The notes beneath the pieces are model-generated. The model was given only the letters and a program-made list of their open reading frames with translations, had not been told where the DNA came from and ran no database searches. Below are positions 53,590 through 58,120 of a stretch of DNA of 58,120 nucleotides, piece by piece. This DNA comes from an uncultured Flavobacteriales bacterium (GTDB lineage Bacteria > Bacteroidota > Bacteroidia > Flavobacteriales_D > CAJJDF01). The stretch spans positions 1 to 58,120 of the forward strand of contig CALLII010000058.1 of assembly GCA_938009745.1 (NCBI GenBank), written 5' to 3'. Every line of letters starts with the position of its first letter. Position 1 is the first letter of the stretch. Position numbers and translations under genes: made by a program.

Positions 53590-55026
53590 TTATTGACCTT
53601 GTCCTAAAGAATAAGACCTAACTCCATCAAACTTATATAAGTTTTCTGTTTTAATAACATCAATAGATTTTCCTTCGGCATTACTCAATAACTCAATAAT
53701 TTCTTGTTTAGTTATTACTTTGTCTTCTGTGTTTTTAAACCTACATCTCCAGTGATCCGTACAGAAAGTTTCTTTAAATCCATTAGGATATACTTTAATT
53801 CCTCTGTTGGTTACCATGTCCAATTTAATGGTGTCACTTTCAATGTGATGAAGCTGTCCTCCAATATCATTTGGATCCATTCCATCCCAGTGCACAAATA
53901 AATCTACACCTATCAGTTCCTTATTCTTTCTAGGTTTTCTAGTGTATTTTGGTAAGTCAAGATTGATGTTTGTTGGTGAATTTCTTACGGCCATTTTAGC
54001 TGGTAATTGTCCTAAGTTAGCAATTACTGCTTGTGCAAATTCTTTAGTTCCTACTTTTTTAGTACTTATTTCTTCGTCAAAAATATCTACTGTATGAATT
54101 CCTTCTTCAATTGTTTTTAACCAAGCATTTTGGATTTTGTCACCCACTTCATTTTGACCAATGTGGCTCAACATCAAAATAGCACCTTGTATTAATGCAG
54201 ATGGGTTTGCAATATTTTGCCCAGCAATAGTTGGTGCAGAACCGTGAATTGCTTCGAACATTGCATGCTCTTCACCAATGTTACAAGAACCTGCTAAACC
54301 AACAGAACCAGTAATTTGTGCAGCAATATCAGAAATAATATCTCCATATAAGTTTTGCATTACGATTACATCAAAATCTTCTGGAGTATCAGCAACTTTA
54401 GCTGCTCCTATATCAACAATCCAGTGATCATTTTCAATATCTGGGTATTGTGCTGCTATTTCGTTAAATACTTCATGAAACAATCCGTCAGTTTGTTTCA
54501 TGATATTATCCTTAGAGAAACAAGTTACCTTCTTTCTTCCATAGTTTTTAGCGTATTCAAACGCATATCTAATAATTTTTTCACAACCAGGACGGCTAAT
54601 CAATTTCAAACACTGAACAACTTCATCAGTTTGTTGATGTTCAATTCCAGCATATAAATCTTCTTCGTTTTCACGGATAATAACGATATCCATTACTGGG
54701 TGTTTTGTCTTTACAAATGGGTGAAGACTCATACATGGTCTTACGTTCGCATATAACCCTAAAGTTTTTCTTGTAGATACATTTAAACTTTTGTATCCAC
54801 CACCAGAAGGAGTTGTGATTGGAGCTTTCAAGAAAATTTTATTGTTTCTAATTTTCTCCCAAGATTCTGATGCAATTCCAGAGGTATTTCCTGATAAGTA
54901 CACTTTTTCTCCTACTTCAATTTCATCATATTCTAGCTGAGCACCTGCAGCTTTTAATATTTCCAAAGTGGCATCCATAATTTCTGGACCAATTCCATCT
55001 CCTCTTGATATGGTTATTTTTTTCAT
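53590..55026 (-). CDS. icd: Isocitrate dehydrogenase (about 480-aa type with a C-terminal extension)
   Basis: GDGIGPEI, SLNVSTRKTLGLYANVRP, IIRENEEDLYAG, NLYGDIISD, and GSAPTIAG..ANP. About 135 extra C-terminal residues. Confidence 0.9.
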   Translation of the reverse strand: MKKITISRGDGIGPEIMDATLEILKAAGAQLEYDEIEVGEKVYLSGNTSGIASESWEKIRNNKIFLKAPITTPSGGGYKSLNVSTRKTLGLYANVRPCMSLHPFVKTKHPVMDIVIIRENEEDLYAGIEHQQTDEVVQCLKLISRPGCEKIIRYAFEYAKNYGRKKVTCFSKDNIMKQTDGLFHEVFNEIAAQYPDIENDHWIVDIGAAKVADTPEDFDVIVMQNLYGDIISDIAAQITGSVGLAGSCNIGEEHAMFEAIHGSAPTIAGQNIANPSALIQGAILMLSHIGQNEVGDKIQNAWLKTIEEGIHTVDIFDEEISTKKVGTKEFAQAVIANLGQLPAKMAVRNSPTNINLDLPKYTRKPRKNKELIGVDLFVHWDGMDPNDIGGQLHHIESDTIKLDMVTNRGIKVYPNGFKETFCTDHWRCRFKNTEDKVITKQEIIELLSNAEGKSIDVIKTENLYKFDGVRSYSLGQGQ

Positions 55027-55041
55027 TGTTTGTTTTTTGGT

Positions 55042-55362
55042 TTATACTTTTCTAGTTCTTGATTTTATATACTCGTTAAATTGATCGTTCATTTGTGTTA
55101 ATGGCATTGAGAAAACAGGCACATCATTACTTAAGTTAGATTTGATGTAATTCACAATTTCAGAAAACATTAGGGATTTTGTTTGGGCTGTAATAACTGT
55201 GTGAGAAGTTTTAACAACTTCATTATTATTAGTTTTTATATAATAGCTATTATCCTCATCAATAGAAGCGCTAGCAACAAGCTCTTGTTCTAGTAATGAG
55301 TGAACAAGCTCCTGAGCTTTGTCCATTAATTCATTTTCTAGATATATGATTATGTTTACCAT
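55042..55362 (-). CDS. Hypothetical small protein (106 aa)
   Basis: ORF ending 15 nt upstream of the icd start, on the same strand. No family recognised with confidence. Confidence 0.45.
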   Translation of the reverse strand: MVNIIIYLENELMDKAQELVHSLLEQELVASASIDEDNSYYIKTNNNEVVKTSHTVITAQTKSLMFSEIVNYIKSNLSNDVPVFSMPLTQMNDQFNEYIKSRTRKV

Positions 55363-55461
55363 TTACTTTATTTTAGACAAAACTACATATTAGTATTCAT
55401 ATGTTTTTATTTATACTTTAAATGAAAATCATAAACATATATTATACATTAAGATTTTAGC

Positions 55462-55490
55462 AAAAAAAAGACCCTTATTTCTAAGAGTCT
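55462..55490 (-). terminator. Probable terminator downstream of the tRNA
   Basis: Minus-strand hairpin agac-tctta-gaaa-taagg-gtct (one mismatch) followed by T8. Confidence 0.5.
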
Positions 55491-55496
55491 ATTTAG

Positions 55497-55570
55497 TAGC
55501 GAGAACGAGATTTGAACTCGTGACCTCTGGGTTATGAATCCAGTGCTCTAACCAACTGAGCTACCTCGCC
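55497..55570 (-). tRNA. tRNA with CAT anticodon (elongator tRNA-Met; lysidine-modified tRNA-Ile2 not excluded)
   Basis: Reverse complement GGCGAGGTAGCTCAGTTGGTTAGAGCACTGGATTCATAACCCAGAGGTCACGAGTTCAAATCTCGTTCTCGCTA folds as a cloverleaf: 7-bp acceptor, GCTC/GAGC D stem, TTCATAA anticodon loop, ACGAG/CTCGT T stem with a TTCAAAT loop. CCA is not encoded. Confidence 0.85.
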
Positions 55571-55586
55571 ATTTTTTTTCAGAGTG

Positions 55587-55594
55587 CAAATATA
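55587..55594 (-). promoter_or_regulatory. Bacteroidota-type -7 promoter element (TAnnTTTG) upstream of the tRNA
   Basis: The minus strand reads TATATTTG, ending 17 nt before the mature tRNA 5' end. The upstream -33 element is only T-rich. Confidence 0.35.
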
Positions 55595-55660
55595 ATAGAA
55601 TAGTTAAATCTTTTAAAAATAATCACAATTAATCTTACTTTTGATTTCAATTAAAAACAA

Positions 55661-56254
55661 ATGAATTACTTAGCACACCAATTTCTATCAGGTACAAACA
55701 AAGAAATTCGTGTAGGTAATTTTTTGGGAGATTTTATGAAAGGAAAGAAAATAGAAGATTTTTCTGGAAATATCCTTTTAGGAATAGAGCTTCACAGGAT
55801 AATTGATGAATTCACTGATACTCATGAAGCTGTTCACAGAAGTAAGAAAATATTGCATGCCAAGCAAGGTAAGTATGCCTCGGTATTATTAGATGTGTAT
55901 TACGATTATTTTCTGGCCAAAAATTGGTCTACCTTTTCAGAGCAACCTTTAGTTGAATTTTCAAAAAGTGTGTATGATGATTTTTGGGAACTGAGAAATC
56001 ATTTTCCAGAAAAAGTAATTTCATTTTTGCCGAACATGAGAGAGAATGATTGGTTTACCAATTATGGGACTTATTGGGGAATTGATAAAGCTCTACAAAG
56101 TATAGCTCGCAGAGCAAAATACTCCAATACGATTAAGGATTCTCTTCTTCATCTTAAAGAATTAGAAGAAGAACTCGAAGCTGATTTCCTAATTTTCATG
56201 CCACAGCTTAAAAAAAGGTGTGATGATTTTTTAAAAGAAAAAGGATTGGACTAA
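55661..56254 (+). CDS. acpH: Acyl carrier protein phosphodiesterase
   Basis: MNYLAHQFLS...VGNFLGDFMKG N-terminus and HRIIDEFTD, typical of the AcpH (DUF479) family. Confidence 0.85.
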   Translation: MNYLAHQFLSGTNKEIRVGNFLGDFMKGKKIEDFSGNILLGIELHRIIDEFTDTHEAVHRSKKILHAKQGKYASVLLDVYYDYFLAKNWSTFSEQPLVEFSKSVYDDFWELRNHFPEKVISFLPNMRENDWFTNYGTYWGIDKALQSIARRAKYSNTIKDSLLHLKELEEELEADFLIFMPQLKKRCDDFLKEKGLD

Positions 56255-56310
56255 CACTTCCTTTTTAATTGATTTAAGTTTCTTTATTTTTATACAAACA
56301 AACCACAATT

Positions 56311-57087
56311 ATGGAGTTTATAACCAAAGAAGTAAATGAAGGAGTAGGAGTAATTACTCTTAACCGACCAGATGTTTACAACAGTTTTAATATCCCAATG
56401 GCAAAAGAAGTACAAGCTGCCTTGGATGAATTTGAAAAAAACGAAACAATAAGAGCGATTATTCTTACTGCAAATGGGAAAGGGTTTTGTGCTGGACAAG
56501 ATTTAAAAGAAGCTACCGAAGAAGGTGGGCCAAGTATTGGAGAAATTGTAGACGCTACTTACAATCCAATAATAATGAGATTGAGAAACATTGAAAAGCC
56601 AATTATTGGAGCAATAAATGGAGTTGCAGCAGGAGCAGGGGCAAACATTGCTTTGGCTTGCGACATTACTTTTGCGAGTGATAAAGCAAGTTTTATTCAA
56701 TCATTTAGTAGTATTGGATTAATTCCAGATAGTGGAGGAACGTTCTTTTTACCAAGATTAATTGGAATGCAAAGAGCAGCTGCTCACATGTTTTTGGCAG
56801 ATAAATTTACTGCTGAAAAAGCTAAGGAAGTAGGAATGATTTACGAAGTAGTTGAGCATGATAGCTTAATGGAATCGACAATGGAGTTTGCTAAGTTATT
56901 GGCAAAACGACCGACTAAAGGTTTTGGACTTACCAAAAGAGCTTTGAATTTAGCATTGAATAACGATTTAGAAAGCCAATTAACTGTTGAGAGAAATTTA
57001 CAAATTGAAGCAGCCAACACTTACGACAACAAAGAAGGGATTGCGGCATTTTTAGAAAAAAGAAAACCAGAGTTTAAAGGAAAATAA
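56311..57087 (+). CDS. Enoyl-CoA hydratase/isomerase (crotonase family, PaaG-like)
   Basis: ITLNRPDVYNSF, FCAGQDLKE, and the GVAAGAGANIALACD oxyanion-hole region. 258 aa. Confidence 0.9.
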   Translation: MEFITKEVNEGVGVITLNRPDVYNSFNIPMAKEVQAALDEFEKNETIRAIILTANGKGFCAGQDLKEATEEGGPSIGEIVDATYNPIIMRLRNIEKPIIGAINGVAAGAGANIALACDITFASDKASFIQSFSSIGLIPDSGGTFFLPRLIGMQRAAAHMFLADKFTAEKAKEVGMIYEVVEHDSLMESTMEFAKLLAKRPTKGFGLTKRALNLALNNDLESQLTVERNLQIEAANTYDNKEGIAAFLEKRKPEFKGK

Positions 57088-57088
57088 C

Positions 57089-58120
57089 ATGAATATAGGA
57101 ATTATAGGAGCAGGATCAATGGGATCGGGAATTGCGCAAGTAGCAGCCACTGCAGGAGAAGAAGTAATGGTTTTTGATACCAATGCAGCTTCACTGGATA
57201 AAGCGAGTGCTAGCCTTACCAAAATAATGAACCGATTGGTAGAGAAAGAAAGAGTAACTCGTGACGAAGCAGACGAAATTCTAGGAAGAATTACTTTTGT
57301 AGATAGCTTAGATTACTTGGAGAACTCCGAGTTAGTTATCGAAGCAATTATCGAAAACTTAGAGATTAAGCAATCGGTTTTTTCTCAATTAGAAGAGTTG
57401 GTTTCTGATACATGTATCATTGCATCTAATACTTCTTCCTTATCAATTGCCTCAATTTCATCAGCTTGTAAACATCCTGAGCGAGTAATTGGAATTCACT
57501 TTTTTAATCCAGCTCCACTAATGAAGTTGGTAGAGATTATACCAAGTATTACTACCGACCAAGAGATTACTGATAAAGCAAAAGCTACAATTGATAGCTG
57601 GAAAAAGGTAACTGCACTTGTAAAAGATACTCCAGGGTTTATTGTAAACCGTGTAGCACGTCCGTTTTATGGTGAAGCATTAAGGATTTACGAAGAAGGA
57701 ATTGCCGACTTTGCCACCATAGATTGGGCAATGAAAGAAATTGGTGGTTTCCGAATGGGACCTTTTGAATTGATGGATTATATTGGTAATGATGTGAACT
57801 ATACAGTTACCGAAACTGTATTTACAGCTTTCTATTTTGATCCTCGTTACAAACCATCATTTACTCAAAAACGTTTTTCTGAAGCAGGAAGACTTGGTAG
57901 AAAAACAGGAAGAGGTTTTTATAATTATGAAGAAGGAGCAACTAATCCTGAGCCAAATAAAGACCTAGATTTAAGTAAAAAAATATTCGAACGCATACAA
58001 GCTATGTTGATTAATGAAGCAGCAGATGCTGTTTTTTGGCAAGTTGCAAGTGCCCAAGATATTGATTTGGCCATGCGATTTGGTACCAATTACCCAAAAG
58101 GGCTCCTGGCATGGTGTGAT
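57089..58120 (+). CDS. 3-hydroxyacyl-CoA / 3-hydroxybutyryl-CoA dehydrogenase, 3'-truncated by the window edge
   Basis: The ATG lies 1 nt after the upstream stop. MNIGIIGAGSMGSGIAQVAA Rossmann motif, SNTSSLSI, HFFNPAPLMKLVEI. The frame is open to nt 58120, and the ORF is not in the supplied ORF track because it has no stop. Confidence 0.9.
   Translation, partial: MNIGIIGAGSMGSGIAQVAATAGEEVMVFDTNAASLDKASASLTKIMNRLVEKERVTRDEADEILGRITFVDSLDYLENSELVIEAIIENLEIKQSVFSQLEELVSDTCIIASNTSSLSIASISSACKHPERVIGIHFFNPAPLMKLVEIIPSITTDQEITDKAKATIDSWKKVTALVKDTPGFIVNRVARPFYGEALRIYEEGIADFATIDWAMKEIGGFRMGPFELMDYIGNDVNYTVTETVFTAFYFDPRYKPSFTQKRFSEAGRLGRKTGRGFYNYEEGATNPEPNKDLDLSKKIFERIQAMLINEAADAVFWQVASAQDIDLAMRFGTNYPKGLLAWCD

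Noticed and set aside
55363-55660. The tRNA-Met locus as a possible genomic-island integration site
   Set aside because: There is no integrase, no direct repeat of the tRNA 3' end nearby, and the flanking genes (icd, acpH) are housekeeping.
1-58120. Window-wide look for CRISPR arrays, transposases, integrases, phage genes, restriction-modification, toxin-antitoxin pairs or secondary-metabolite megasynthases
   Set aside because: None recognised. The only biosynthetic cluster is the small carotenoid operon. The methyltransferases present (RsmA, RlmG-like) have rRNA-type motifs and no adjacent nuclease.

Overview
AT-rich chromosomal segment. Its gene content and order are typical of Bacteroidota, most likely Flavobacteriia: ACIII next to an aa3-type oxidase, bamA-skp-skp-uppS, an ECF sigma/FecR/TonB-receptor neighbourhood, Omp28-like lipoproteins, a MerR-crtI-crtB-idi carotenoid cluster, and a MurF-Alr fusion. 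I call about 50 protein genes, one tRNA-Met(CAT) and a set of rho-independent terminators. Most of the window is housekeeping. This covers respiration (actC'DEF, coxBA) and DNA/RNA metabolism (recG, polA, rsmA, tdk, a DEAD-box helicase, an RlmG-like methyltransferase). It also covers envelope biogenesis (bamA, skp x2, uppS, murF-alr, an M16 peptidase pair) and central and lipid metabolism (icd, ribBA, fabG, acpH, a beta-oxidation pair). I see no CRISPR array, transposase, integrase, prophage genes or recognisable defence or toxin-antitoxin system. The best candidate for something undescribed is at 7.2-13.4 kb. There an ECF sigma/FecR pair is translationally coupled to a secreted protein that has an STN-like signalling domain but no TonB plug or barrel. 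Instead it carries about 15 tandem 16-aa GxQxGGVFN repeats and a small C-terminal barrel-like region. An STN-less TonB-dependent receptor lies just upstream. An identical 10-nt plus 8-nt motif sits in front of both the receptor gene and fecR. Secondary curiosities are domain fusions and His-rich tracts in the ACIII/oxidase subunits, a CarH-like regulator with a perfect palindrome at its start codon, and an orphan secreted ORF embedded in the crt operon. Others are thioredoxin-motif Omp28-like lipoproteins and a conserved hypothetical protein with RIO/Kdo-kinase-like motifs. All functional calls come from reading the translations. No database search was run.
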